From Orbicella franksi (taxonomy: Eukaryota), in the NCBI GenBank assembly GCA_964199315.1, contig OZ116710.1, positions 23,560,001 through 23,624,000 on the forward strand: a DNA stretch of 64,000 bases, read 5' to 3'. The notes below the pieces were generated by a model. That model saw only the letters and a list, made by a program, of their open reading frames with translations. It did no database searches and had not been told where the DNA came from. The translations under genes were made by a program, and so were the position numbers. Below are positions 1 through 12,980 of the stretch, piece by piece; the first letter of the stretch is position 1; every line of letters begins with the position of its first letter.

Positions 1-497
1 AAGATTTATTATTAAGATTTAATAAATGCTATTTTCATTCTAACACTTAGTAGTTTGTAGTCCATTGTATTAGTTTTAATATTAGCTTTAATGTTTCAGT
101 TTTAATATCCTACTATATTTTTTTTCTGAGATTTTTACAGTTGGTGTGATATCACAGGATTTTTACCGACTTAACTAAGTGCAGATGTAGTTATATTCTA
201 TTTTGCCAATTTTGACATCATAAATTATGGTTTTTCATATATAACCTCTATCAGTAACATCAGGCTGTCCATAATAGCAGGGGGTCTGCAAGGCAAGAGT
301 TGTCTGTAGTGTGCTACCAGTTATTGCAAAAGAAAGGCTGCAAACTAGAAAGGGAAGATCTCTCGCCTTATTGTAAAAGCCTTGCCAACTTATTACCACT
401 AAGGCAATGGATCAACACCGTACGCTACACAAAATGACAGCAGCTGCCAACAATTTTTCTCTTAAAAACATGAAAGATGACTGATTGATACTTTCAG

Positions 498-666
498 CAG
501 GGCTCGACTTTCAGGAAAAAACCTCGTGGCCAGCTGGCCCCTTAGTTTTCATATTAATTTTAGTACCAGCAAAAGTATTTCAGTCAGCAAAAAGCATGGA
601 AAGGTAGTTGCCAGTGAAAAAATTGGGTTGCATTGGTGACCCCAGCAGTCACAACGTTGAGCTCTG
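498..666. mobile_element. Short hAT-type MITE (CAGGGCTCGAC termini)
   Basis: Starts cagggctcgac (498) and ends gttgagctctg (666), an imperfect TIR. The same terminus occurs at 9959, 10022, 11094 and 12994. No clean TSD seen. Confidence 0.5.
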
Positions 667-3344
667 ATCAGCTTACAAGCACCAATCCTCGCCCATGCCA
701 AAATCTTGGGAAGTTCTCTGTCTGATGTTGCTGAGGAAGGAAGGTTTCAAGAGCTAATCAGAGAAACTTCTCCAAGCTAAATGCAATGCCACATGGCCAG
801 GGCAAAGGCCACAAAAAGACTGCAAGTCAGATGAAAATGATGACCAGTCTCCACAATGCCCTGTACCCTACAGGGCATGATGAGTCCATTGTTGCTAAGA
901 CATGTTTTCTTTGTTTCTTCTTTTAGTCTTCGACCACAATTTGGATGCATTTTGTGTTTAAAAAAAATCAGTTCATAGGCCATCATCCTGTTCAATATAA
1001 CTAAACAAAATCCAGTAACAAAATTAATTAAGGACCATGGCACAGGTGTAGCTTATTCATCTTTTTTATTTAAGTTTGCAATAAATTATTTTCATTTGCA
1101 TGAAAATAATTGAGTGATGTTTCTTCTATGCACCTTTTATTATTATATACCGGTAATTTGTCATCATATCATTATTGTGGAAATTATTTCATTTCATTTT
1201 AATTGTTATGTGTACCGGTTTGTACCAACTGATTCCTATAAATGGCTCGTTCTCTTCAGGGTGTTTTCACGAAAGCTGTGAAACAAACTATTTCTTGATG
1301 AATATAACATAATATTGTCTACTGCATACAATATTTCATAAAGACAACTATTTCAGTTTAATTATTACTTTAGCATATTTAGCTTTGTATCATCTCATTA
1401 CACCAGGATCTCTCATTGCCAACAACAATTGTAATCTATTGTCAGTGTTTAAAACAGCTATTTCATCTACCAAAGGTAGCCCTAAAAGCTGATTACTGAA
1501 TAACATTCCCTAACAGTCCCTGGTGCAGTTGCAATTTTAAGATCCACTGGACAACGTTTTATGTCCAAAGTCAAGCTGGCTTCACCTCTTGACTGCAAGA
1601 GAGGAATTATGCACACATTAGTGCAACAGACCTTTGACTTGGGCATGGCTGAAAAAGCTGAGGGTGGGCTGATTGCAGGAGATAGATAAATCAGGTACAC
1701 GAATGATGGACCTGAAGGGGAATAAACTTGTATGTTCCAATCAAGCAGCCGTGTAAGGTGCAAGACTTAGCCAAAGTTTCTGTCAACATCAGCCTGTTGA
1801 GAAATATTTTTCACACTTGATTGGCAAAAAAAATGTGACTGTATGTTTCAGCATGCTGCAGTTTGTTGTTTTCTGTTGAAGTCATCTCAACTCAAACGAT
1901 GTTTTTGAATTTAAGTCAACAAAAGCAAATCATTCTGTAAAAGCTGAACGTTGAGGGCAGGAAGGTTAATGTATATAATATTACTCGGCATTCTTTAGCA
2001 GGATAATTGAGTCATAGAACGACCAACCACTTGTCGTTATAGCAGGCAATTTGTCAGCTTTCAAAAATGAACTTGAAGTTCACTTAGGTATTTATATAAT
2101 TTTACTTTTGCAAAACGCTTGCATATGATTTTTACTAACTTACTATTATATTGGTGTTGCTTTTCTTCCCTTCATTCATGTTTGTAATTTCAAGGAAGTT
2201 TTCAATTATGGCCAACCTCACTTACTTCCTTGCAGGGTGCCTATTTACTTCTGTTTGTGACTAATCATTTGTCATTGCTTTGTTTTACTCTTTCATCTTG
2301 TTACTTCTATTAATTTGTATATTTGTATTGTACTCTCTAGTGTTACACGAGCCCTTTAATTGGTGCAAAGTTTACAGATCTAGAACAAGAAGAAGTCCTA
2401 GGTCCACAACCTACAATTACAAAATAAATGTCAAAGAGTTACCTCCAACAGTAATAATAATAGTAATAATCATAATGTCTTTATTCATTTGATAAAAATG
2501 CATATCAAGTGTTACAATTAATAAAAGATAAAATGATTAAAAAGATATCTAAAAAGCAGTTTTGCCTCCAGCAATGTCCCCAACAATATATGCTCTCTTT
2601 CCATGGTCTTCATGAAGCAACCGACTGTTGACATACTACCCACAGTAATCCTGTGCCTGTGCTGCTCTCCTCCAAACCCCAAGCTTCTCAGCTAAACACC
2701 CTGGGTAATCCAACACAGGAGAGCATAACAGAAACAGCCCCTGAACCAATGGCAGCACCATCTCAAAATATATCAGACTGTCCAGTCGACCAACCAAGTC
2801 CAATGTTATATAGTAAAGGGAAAGTGACTTACCCTCAGTCTGGATCAAATACCCAATAAGGCATGAAACAAAACAACCTAACCGAGATTAGATCAGGCTG
2901 TATGTCCAAACCACTTGTGTGCGTAGACCAGTGCACTACCATTTCAGCCATCAGTATGGTGGCATGAAATGGTGATATCCCAACATTACAATGGACACGG
3001 TGTGCAGTATGCATAGTGGTGAGGCAGAGACTGGCCGTTCTCTTAATACTGGAATCTTGAAAGCCAATAACTAATATCTCATGATTAAACTTTCACACAG
3101 GTCCTCAAATTCACAGGATTCTGCCAGCTGGCCCACTCACATCATAATCAATCAATAACCTCATGTTCAGTTTGATTGTTGAATTCATCAAAACTTCAGG
3201 ACAACTCGGATTAATATTAATCCATGGATTATAATAATAATAGATTATTATAATTCAGTAATAGATTAAGGCAAGGCAAAAAAATTGGAAGGATTAGATT
3301 ATTAATATCATTTGGATTAATATTAATCTCAGAAATTAAAAAGT

Positions 3345-3750
3345 TGCGACAGGCCTGCACAACTCCCATTGTACCTAAATGTATATTTTTTGCCTTTAGC
3401 GTTTGTCATGTACTTACGCATTGTTTAGACTCATCTTTATTGCAAGATTTGTTTGAAGTCTCTACATGCTTGCTTTCAAGGGACAAAATATGAAGCTTTC
3501 CGTGAACATTTTACTTACTTGCATTATATATTATGATGCCGGGCCAGGCTGTGATAAGAACTGTTTGCAAGCAGTAGGTACATCCTTATCACAGAAATCA
3601 TACTATTTGTCCTCGAATGGTTTTCTTCGGAGATGCTGTAGCTTTACTTCAAGAAAGCTATATGTTTCTCTAGATACAAATTTTCTGGATTGTTGAAGCA
3701 GTTGAACAGTTGGCATCATTGTCCCAGGTTAGAAGTGGCAACATTCTCAT
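3345..3750 (-). mobile_element. Degenerate internal copy of the 12063-12980 MITE family
   Basis: ORF-track translations 3466..3696(+) and 12406..12708(-) align (e.g. NILLTCI..DAGPG and SFT.RKLYV), showing DNA homology in the opposite orientation. Termini are not recognisable. Confidence 0.6.
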
Positions 3751-4720
3751 TACAGTGAATAACAAGACATGTATAAAGTATCGTTATCAACCCATACAGG
3801 ATATATTATCAGCAAGGTCACTTGCCAACATAATGCTAGAGTTCTTCCATACAGCTGAGATTGGTGGCAGCTCTTCAGTAAGTCAGACGCCCTCGTGGAC
3901 CTCACCAGCTAACCAACCAGCAACAATAGCCCCTTCTATGACATCAATCCTGAAACCCTGTCCTTCATCACAAACTCCTACTCTAAGTCCAGTATATACG
4001 TAGACGGTCCATTTTATGAAATGCTCCCAAGGAAATGGCAATCTCTATGGATCCAACTCGGAAAGGCTAAGTCTTTCAGCAATAACTGGAAGGGATTCAC
4101 AGATTTCCTTTGATGACGTGCGTACTGACATCCCTTTCACTTTGTTATTTTTTAAGTTACTCAAGATCTTTATTCTATTCTACATTAAGAATCTTCATGG
4201 CCCTGCAAAAAAGTCAGTTGCAACTGTACTGTATTACCAGCAGAGCTGACACAACTGCCAACTTCTGCTACTAAAATATCATAACCATTAATAAAGATTG
4301 CAAAAGTTGACTGAGTGTAACAACATAAAATAGTTTTCTTCACAAACTACTAGCACAAGAAGCATATCCATTGTGGTTGGAATAGAATATTTTCTTTATT
4401 GACAGACTTGTACAAATTTGTGCTGCCAAGTCTGTGTCATATGAACGAAATATTTCCACAGCTTATATAGTTATGTAAAGCGATTGATACCATTATTTAA
4501 CAAATTGCCAAGAGATAGTGATAAGGATGCCTTAGATTGTTAAATGATGTCAATCTTCAGAAGCTTTGGTCAAAGATTAATCCTAGGTAGGAATAATATT
4601 AATGCTACAAAGGATTAATAGGAATCCTACGTAGGATTGATATTTATCAGACTAATATTAATCTTACATAAGATTAATATTAATCCTGATTAATTAAGGC
4701 ATGGCTCGAACCTCAGTAAA

Positions 4721-4797
4721 GGATTATAATAATCTGTTACTGGATTATAATGATCTATTACTGGATTATAATAATCCATTGCTGGATTATAATAATC
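4721..4797. repeat. 21-bp tandem repeat (ggattataataatcyrttrct, about 3.7 copies) in an AT-rich ggattaatattaatc-type region
   Basis: Units start at 4721, 4742, 4763 and 4784. The surrounding 4570-4850 is an inverted relative of 3190-3335. Confidence 0.8.
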
Positions 4798-7117
4798 ATT
4801 AGGATTAACATTAATTCGATCGATATTAATGCGAGTTGTTCTGAAACTTGACCCCTTAAAATAACATGTTTCTGTGGCATAAAATGGTTGCTTAACTGAG
4901 GAATACGGAATCTTTTCAGGGTGTTTCTCATCTGCATCAGTTAAGATAGCAATATTCATAACTTCAAATTCACAGTTCTGGTGCTTTTCAAAGCAAAAAT
5001 TCCTTGATCACACTCTGCTACTAATACACAAATTTCCTGCCTCTCGTCCCTTCTGACACCAGATTGAAGCTTGACATATTCAAGAGGTGAGTGACACTAA
5101 CACAAATAAAACCCAGGAAGCCATAGATATAATTCTGCCCTTTGTTATAGATCCTTTGGGTTAGGATCCTTTGGGTTAAACATGCGATGCTTTATAATCT
5201 TCTTTAATGAAAAGTTGTTCAGACCATAGGATTTGCATAAGAGGGGAGCTGGAGGTCTGCTCATCTACCATGACTAATCTTCAGTAGCATTTTGTTCTTG
5301 CAGAGTAATTTTCAAATTCTTTTTGTCTCAAAATTTCTTTTCTGTTTGGATTTAGGCATGACGTAAGATTGCTGTTTTTCTTAAACGTAATGCCATCCGC
5401 TTAGTTGAAACATACCATTTCTTATATTGAGGCCTTACATTCATGCATTCAAGCATACAATGTGTGGTTATGTGTACGTGTACATCTGTGCACTCTGTGT
5501 GATCCCTGCCTTGCAGAGGACTTTTCACAGCTTTAGACTATTTGGTCTAACCATCCCTGATTGCTCAGAGCGTGAAATGTTAAACTGGATGATAGAGTAT
5601 ATTATTTTCAAATCAATACTCTATCGTCTCTCTATAAAAATTAAAATAAAAAAAAGATTATGGGGAATTTTTATCATCCAATCCTTACAAAGACACTTGT
5701 AAACAGCTGTTTCTGCCTTTTTAAAGCAACAGTTAGCTTTTTGTTGCATGATCAAGTAAAGGGGCAAATTTTAGCACCTGGTGCACTGCAGGTGTTGAAA
5801 TAAACCCCTTAAACCTTCTTACCAAAGAATAAGCAAATGAACAAGACTGACAACATTAACTTCATCATACAATGCACTTTGAATGTACTGTAATCTACCT
5901 CAAGCAACTTAACCCAAACCAAGTATTCACACTCTGCATTCCGACAACATGCAGGGCTGGTGATTCATTTTGCATCAACTTGACACTGTTGTGCTGTCCT
6001 GAAACTCCACAAGCTCCATCACCACTTGCAGTCTTCTAATAACATCATCACTGATCCCATCCTATGCAGTTGAACTTCTCAAGTAGTTTCCCATATAGTT
6101 GTCATGAATCGTGCCTGTTTTAAAATACCTCCAAGAATATTTCATATTAAGTTTCATGTTCCATACTAAAAATGCAAAGTACATTAACATTTGTCACAAT
6201 CACAAATATATTCTGCAATAAAATTAGAGCAGAGGAAGGGGAAGGTGGGGTTATCCATCCTGACTTCTTTCTTCACTTTTTTCATTTCAAAGCTGGACCT
6301 AAACGGGTTGAAAGGCTGGCCATTTTCTTTCGCATGTGTTGGAAGACACTGACAAAATATGTTGACTTCGACATCTTGCTTTTGAGTCTTGCAAAATTCT
6401 GGTTGGTATTAAATTACAAGTCATGAGAGTTACATGAGCTCCTCAAGATCCAGTCATTACAGAGCTCCGATTTCATATTAAACTCCTCACTCTTATCACC
6501 ATTTTAGGTGATCAATCTGATCAAGAACAGACTTAAAATTAATTATGAGTGAAGTATCCACCATACCAATACATGGCAATCTGGATGCACAACTTCAAGT
6601 TTTACTAATTTAGAGGTTTTCTATGTTTCTCATTGCTATCCCAAACTTAAATCCACCCAATGAAGGGAAGTTTGCTTAAAAGTTATTTATAATATAAAAT
6701 TGTAGGTTTGACCAGCAAAGCTGCTTGGAGACTCTTTATTATGTATGGACGTTCCCTTAAAATGGCCTCTGGCAGTCTGGCCAACTTATAAATTTTGTCT
6801 TTTCCATATCTATTAATGCTTCCCAAGCCAAAGTCCCATTACAAGGTATAAACTGTACCAGACAAATTAACTGGAAAACGTGGGAAAGGACTATACTTTA
6901 GCGTTACCTACCAGTAAGTCCTAAGTCAATTCATTGCCAGCTGCTAGCGTCAGTCAACTACATGTTTATGTATCTAGGCAGCTTAAATTTGTATGGTCTG
7001 CCTTTGAGATGTTGAATCAGAATTCTTCATGATTTAAAGTTGACATCACAAGTGTGCACTGTTGACAATAACTTTTTTGCCAATGTTGGGAAGGGGTAGT
7101 GGGAGGTTGTGCGGGGG

Positions 7118-7410
7118 TAGGAGCTGATGGCCTAATGGTAAATCAGTTGGACTCTGGATCAATAGGTCCAAAATGGAGCCCAAGCCAGAGTTGCTGTGTC
7201 ATGTTCTCGAGCAAGACACTTGACTCTCCCAGTACCTCTCCCCTCCAAGGAGTGAAAATGGTACTGACCGATTGTAGGTGCAACCTGACAAAAACAAGGG
7301 GTAACCTGTGATAGACTAGAATCCCATCCAGAAAGAGAGTGGCAATACCCCTGGGCATTTCATGTTGCAGAGACCAAAGGTAAGCACCAGCACTGATGAG
7401 CCATCTGGCT
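7118..7410 (+). mobile_element. tRNA-derived cnidarian-type SINE, degenerate, in left palindrome arm
   Basis: tRNA-like head (tggcctaatggtaa...ggtccaaa...gagccc), then gcaagacacttgactctc...ctctcccctccaaggagtgaaaatggtactg. Same family as 61411-61658. Confidence 0.7.
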
Positions 7411-9304
7411 CATCCATATCCCGAAGGGGTGGAACAGAGTTCCCTGCCCTGCAGCCGGTGAAATAATCACTAGAGTGTTCTCATTCCGAGCCGCAAAGAC
7501 CAGACGAGGGATTTGATTTCCTGTTTAAAGCAAACCTTTTCCCATAAAAGTTTAACCCCCTTGACTGGATGTACCAACAAAACCTTCAAGTGAGGGAGAG
7601 AAAAGGACATTGGTTAATATGCATTTCAAACAGACAGCTACACTGCAGACGGCTGGAAATGTAAAATGACAGCTTGGGACCAGGGCAATGGTGGATCATG
7701 GAATGAGGAGAGGACATTGCAGAGTGATGCTCCTCGAGTGTGGCTGTACAGGCAAGTTGATTCAAGAACCCACAATGAAGGATGATCCCCCAGTGGTGAT
7801 GTGGTTGGCATGTGGTGTTGTGGTAACCAAGGCCACTATTCAGATTTCTGAAGGAGCCATTTTTTATTATAGAAAAAAGACAGGCAGCCTTTGTAACAAC
7901 AGTTATTCCTTTTGATATTTAAATGCCACATCTGATAGGGATGAAACTCAGCTTTTGATATTTGTTGAAAATTGGGAGAATAATGCATTCCATGCCCAGT
8001 AGAAAAAATGTTACATGTTCCAAGCCATAATGGCAGTAGGTGGGGTGGAGAGTGAGACATGGTGGTGGATCTTTCCTTCATGTCAGTGACATTTCTGTCC
8101 TTCAGGCATTCAGTTCAAGATGCTCAAGTGTATATCTTGCAGGAACTACAGTGCAAGGATTTTCTGGCTGTGATGAAGCAAAATCATCCATGCATCCAGA
8201 AAAAGTACCAGGTGATGAAATGACACATCTTGATGAAGAGGTGGCTAACAGCAATCGCATGAACTGAGGAGGATTCAGGTTGTCTGCCCAAAGGTGTCAC
8301 AGCAACAAAGATGCCGCACATGCACCCCTGCCCACGCGCGCCAAACTGTGCCTCCAACCATGCGCTCCAGGGCCGCGCCATCACCACATCTGCATTGCCT
8401 CCACCTTTGCTGCTGTAACACCTTTGTGCAAAAGCATGGTGAATCCTCCCCACCTCATGTGACTGATGTACATGTAAGCTACTTCTTTGTCGAGGTGTGT
8501 CACTTCATTGCTTGAGACTTCTCCTAAATACATGGAAGATAATGCTTCATCACAACTAGAAAATCCCTGCACTGTAGTTCCTGCAAGAACACACTCAAAC
8601 ATCTTGAGCTAAATGCCAAAAGGATGGAGACGTCTCTGAAATGATAAAAGGATCACCAACCATGACTTTCTTTCCACCCCATCTGCTGCTCTGTTATAGT
8701 ATAAAACATGTGACATCATCCCAACCAAGCATGCAATACATCATTTTCCCAATTTTCAACAGCCAATCAGAAGCTGCCCATCATCCAAATAAGGTGTGTC
8801 ATCTGAATATCAAGCACGAATAACTGTTATTTTATAACCTGTCTTTTTCCTATAACAAGAAGACTCATTCAGAGGTCTGAATCCTAACCTTGGTGACCAC
8901 AATAACATGTGCTAACCAAATCACTACTGAGGAATTCTCCTTCACTGTGGACTCCTGAATCAACCTGTCTGTACCACCAGACTCAAGGGGTACCATTCCC
9001 TGATTTCCCACCCCATTACACAATCCACAACTGCCCTGGTCCCAATCTGCCATTCCACATTTCCAGTCGTCTGTTGCATAACTGCTTGCTAAAAGTGCAT
9101 GTTAACAAATGCCCTTTCCCTCCCTTACTTAAACGTTTCATGGTATATCCAGTAAAGGGTGTTGGACTTAAATGGTGAAAGGTTTGTTTCAAACAGGACA
9201 CCAAATCCCCCTGCCAGTCTCTGTGGCTAAGAATGGGTACATTCCAGTGATGTCTTCCCTGGCTACAGGGCTCGAAAGTCTGTTCCATTCCCAAGGGAAC
9301 AGAG

Positions 9305-9595
9305 AAGCCAGATGGATCATCAGCACGGGTGCTCCCCTCCAGTTTCTGTAACATGAAGTGTCTAGGAGTGTTGCTTCTCCCCTTGGATGGGATGCTAGTC
9401 CATTGCAGGTGACCCCCAGCAATTGTCAGGTTGCCCTAACAAATTGGCCAGTACCATTACACTCTTGGGTGGAGAAAGACATTGCAAGGGTAAGGTGTCG
9501 TGCCTGAGAACATGACACAGCAACCCCAGCTTGGGCTCCATGTTGGACGTATTGATCCAAAGTCCAGCTAACTAACCATTAGGCCATCAACTCAC
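9305..9595 (-). mobile_element. tRNA-derived SINE, mirror copy in right palindrome arm
   Basis: Contains gggatgctagtccattgcagg..acccc and ccattaggcca. It is the reverse-complement counterpart of 7118-7410. Confidence 0.7.
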
Positions 9596-10021
9596 CACCC
9601 CAACCTACAACCCCCGGCCAGCCCACCATCCCTTCCCAACATTGCCAAAAAGTAATTGCTGACAGTGCATACTTGTGATAACACCTTTAACTTGAGAAGA
9701 ATTCTGACTAAACATCTCAGTGACATGCCATATATTAAATTGGATAGTCAAGTAGCCAAATTTAGCCTGCCTTGATACATGTAGTTGATTATTAGGAGCA
9801 GTGAGCGAACTTAGGGCTTACCAGTCAGCAATGTATATAGATTGCAATTGTTTCTCTTTTTGCTGCCTGGCTCATTCTCGGTAGAGTAACTAGTGAAATC
9901 TTAATGTATTCTCTTCCTATGGTTAGACGTTTGTTTTGCTTTATCCTGTTAATTTGGTCAGGGCTCGACACTAATGGTAGCCAATTCACCACAGACTAGA
10001 GTAGAAATTTAGTTTTGGCTA

Positions 10022-11094
10022 CAGAGCTCGACACTAACTTTTCAACTTACTGGCCTGGTGGCCAGTGACAACTTTTATGTCACTAAACAAAAAAAAAATT
10101 TACTAGCCAAGTGTTGATGTTGACTGGGTGCAATAACAGCAGAATTACTAGCAAGACCTGAAAACACAATGCAAGCGACTCTCTTTAATACATTATGGAA
10201 TTAATTTTAAAAAAAACACAATGCAATTTTGCATCTGAAACCTCTTGATCAGTTGACATATAGTTGGCACACCTTGTGTCACGCTTGACTGGTAATGTTA
10301 AACACAAGGACGAACCAATTTATCAACAAATTGCACTGGTTTTAATTTTGTTCAATGGCCTCATGTTTTCGTCACTTCAAATCTCTCAAGCCAACAGATC
10401 ACAAAGAAAAATTTAGTGATTTTCTCAAAGAGACTCTCAGGACTCTTTGATACCTCCTTGTAAAAATATCGAGACCCCGAGACATCATTGTAAAAACTGT
10501 CGAGACTTCTTCAGTCTGTTCACAGACAGGAGCTGTAGAGTTCAAACTGTTTCAAAGGTAGCATTAGCAAAATTTGACTGCTAATAAAGGTCGAAGGAAA
10601 TGAATCTTTCTCACGTAATTATTTCTGCAGTGGTAAGTTTTGTCAGTATGGAAACAACAACAAATCACCTATATGCTGTTACGCTAAATGAAGTGTTATC
10701 CCTTTACAGTTCTGCACGATTTTGTGCATGATTTTATCAGGGTGCTCATGTTTTGTGCTACTAATTTGTAACAAGAAAAGAACATTGATGTATGCCTTCA
10801 GAAAATGCTGTCTTGTTTGTCAAATATTTCTTTCAACATAATAACATGCTCAGTTTTTATACCCTTTCAAGTACCATACAACGAAAGGTAAACATGATAA
10901 CACCACAATGAAATTCTGACCTTGTTTCCGAGAAAAGTGTTAGTGTTTGTCTTCATTGAGGAAGACAGCAACTAGTTTGGCCAATTTCATTTTGTTTACT
11001 AGCCAAAGTGGCTAGTGGAAATCAGAAACCTACTGGCCAAAACAAAATTTCTCCTAGTCTGTGGCAAGGTGTCTACTGTTAATGTCGAGCCCTG
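10022..11094. mobile_element. hAT-type non-autonomous element (inner copy, opposite orientation)
   Basis: cagagctcgacactaac at 10022 and ttaatgtcgagccctg ending at 11094. tggcta is repeated on both flanks (10016-10021, 11095-11100), and the outer element's end sequence resumes after 11094. Confidence 0.7.
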
Positions 11095-12062
11095 TGGCTA
11101 GTAGGTTTCTGATTTCCACTAGCTGCTTTGGGTTAGTCTCAAGCAATGAGCTGACACACCTCGACAAAGAAGTAGCTTACACCAGTGACATGAGGTGGAG
11201 AGGATTCACCATGCTTTTGCACAAAGGTGTTACAGCAGCAAAGGTGGAGGCAATGCAGCTGTGGTGATGGTGCAACACTGGAGTGCATGGTTGGAGACAA
11301 AGGTTGGCGTGTGTGGGCAGGGGTGCATGTGTAGCATCTTTGTTGCTGTGACACCTTTGGGCAGACAACCTGAATCCTCCTCAGTTCACGCAATTGCTGT
11401 TAGCCACCTCTTCATCAAGATGTGTCATTTCATCACCTGGTACTTTTCCTGAATGCATGGATAATTTCAGCTTCATCACAGCCAGAAAATCCTTGCACTG
11501 TAGTTCCTGCAAGAGATACACTTGAGCATCTTGAACTGATAAAATCATGCACAAAATCGTACGGAACTGCAAAGGGATAACATTTTATTTAGCATAACAA
11601 CATAAGTGATTTGTCATTGTGTCCACACTAACAAAACTTACCACTGCAGAAATAATTACGTGAGAAAGATTTATTTCCTTTGACATTTATTATCAGTCAA
11701 ATTCCACAAATGCTGCTTTTGAAACAGTTTGAATTCTACAGCTCCTGTCTGTGAAGAGACTGAGGAAGCCTCAACAGTTTTTACAATGACGTCTTGGGGT
11801 CTCGATATTTTTTACAAGGAAGTCTCAAAGAAAAACAGAGTTCTGAAAGTCTTTTTTTGGAACTGGTTAACACACAAAGTAATTACCAACAATATGTATT
11901 AAAGAGAGTCGCTTGCATTGTGCTTTCAAGTCTTACTAGTAATTCTGCTGTTGTTTTACCCAGCGAACGTCAACACTTGGCTAGTTAAATTTTTTTATTT
12001 GACTAGTAACATATAAGTTGTCACTAGCCACTAAGCTAGTAAGTTGAAAATTTAGTGTAGAG

Positions 12063-12980
12063 CAACCTCGTTCCCAGGGTCTCTCATCTTACCGCCCTCT
12101 GGAGCGAGCGACGAGAGACCCTGGCTGGGTCTTGTCACGTGCCACTTTGACAATTGAGAACATCAGGGAGGGGTCCTCTGTAATCAGCAATTTGTTGCGT
12201 TGAGCTTTGTCGAATTCAAAGTATTGCCCTGCGACTGCCATTATCCATGGCGTTTATCAATACTTAGTTTTCAGGCTGAAATTTCGAATAATATCTACTC
12301 CAATATTAACCTAAAGGTTAACCAAGTCTGTCTCAAGGCAATTTAGTGGTCATGATTTTCAGTGTTGCCGTCTTACCCCTGGATTTATGGAAAGTCACTC
12401 ATATTTCAACTGTGGGTGTCGAGCAGCACAATTTCATCCCGCAGTAATTGTTGTTTCCCCTTTGAATGCACACGATCAAATTGATGCAAAAAGAATGTCT
12501 CCTGGAAAACGTATAGCTTTCTCAAAGTAAAGCTACGGCAGTCTCTGAAGAAAAGCTGGACAAAGATAAATATGATATTCCTGTAACACACTTTGCAAAC
12601 AGTTCTAATCAAATAGCCGGGCCCGGCGTCACCTGCGGCGTCACAATATCGAATGCAAGTAAGCAATATGTTCGCAGAATATTTCAATCTTTGTCCCTGG
12701 AGAGCCAATACTTAGAGCCGTAAAACATATCTTGCAATAGAAACGAACCTAAACAAAGTATAAGCATGGCATTGCAAATTACAGAGGTATCAACTCTGAG
12801 AAGCGACATGTACTTAACAGCAGAAATCATGCAGACCTGCGACCTCTAAAAATTTTGTTACATAATCAAACAACTCCGCTCTACTTATAATTTCCATTTC
12901 TTCTTATAACATGGCCAGCTAGGGTCTCTCCTCACTAGCTCCAGGAGGCAGTAACATGAGAGACCCTGGGAACGAGATTG
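12063..12980. mobile_element. 918-bp MITE with 9-bp TSD (Mutator/MULE-like)
   Basis: TIR caacctcgttcccagggtctctc / gagagaccctgggaacgagattg. Perfect 9-bp TSD agtgtagag at 12054-12062 and 12981-12989. Confidence 0.85.

Larger units (their letters stand above)
6860..9955. repeat. About 3.1-kb imperfect palindrome (two roughly 1.5-kb diverged inverted arms, centre near 8355)
   Basis: Anchor pairs: ttttgccaatgttgggaaggg (~7075) vs cccttcccaacattgccaaaa (9630), and ggaactacagtgcaaggattttct (~8142) vs agaaaatccctgcactgtagttcc (~8559). Similarity continues through 7400-8080 vs 8640-9340. Confidence 0.85.

Noticed and set aside
777-4249. Short ORFs 777-1043, 1482-1763, 2653-2859, 3710-4003 and 4016-4249
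   Set aside because: Some look exon-like, but I could not join them or recognise a family. They may be decayed coding sequence.
8040-8823. Cluster of short Cys/His-rich ORFs (also 11061-11572)
   Set aside because: By-products of the palindrome and its copy. Frames are not conserved between copies and no domain is recognised.
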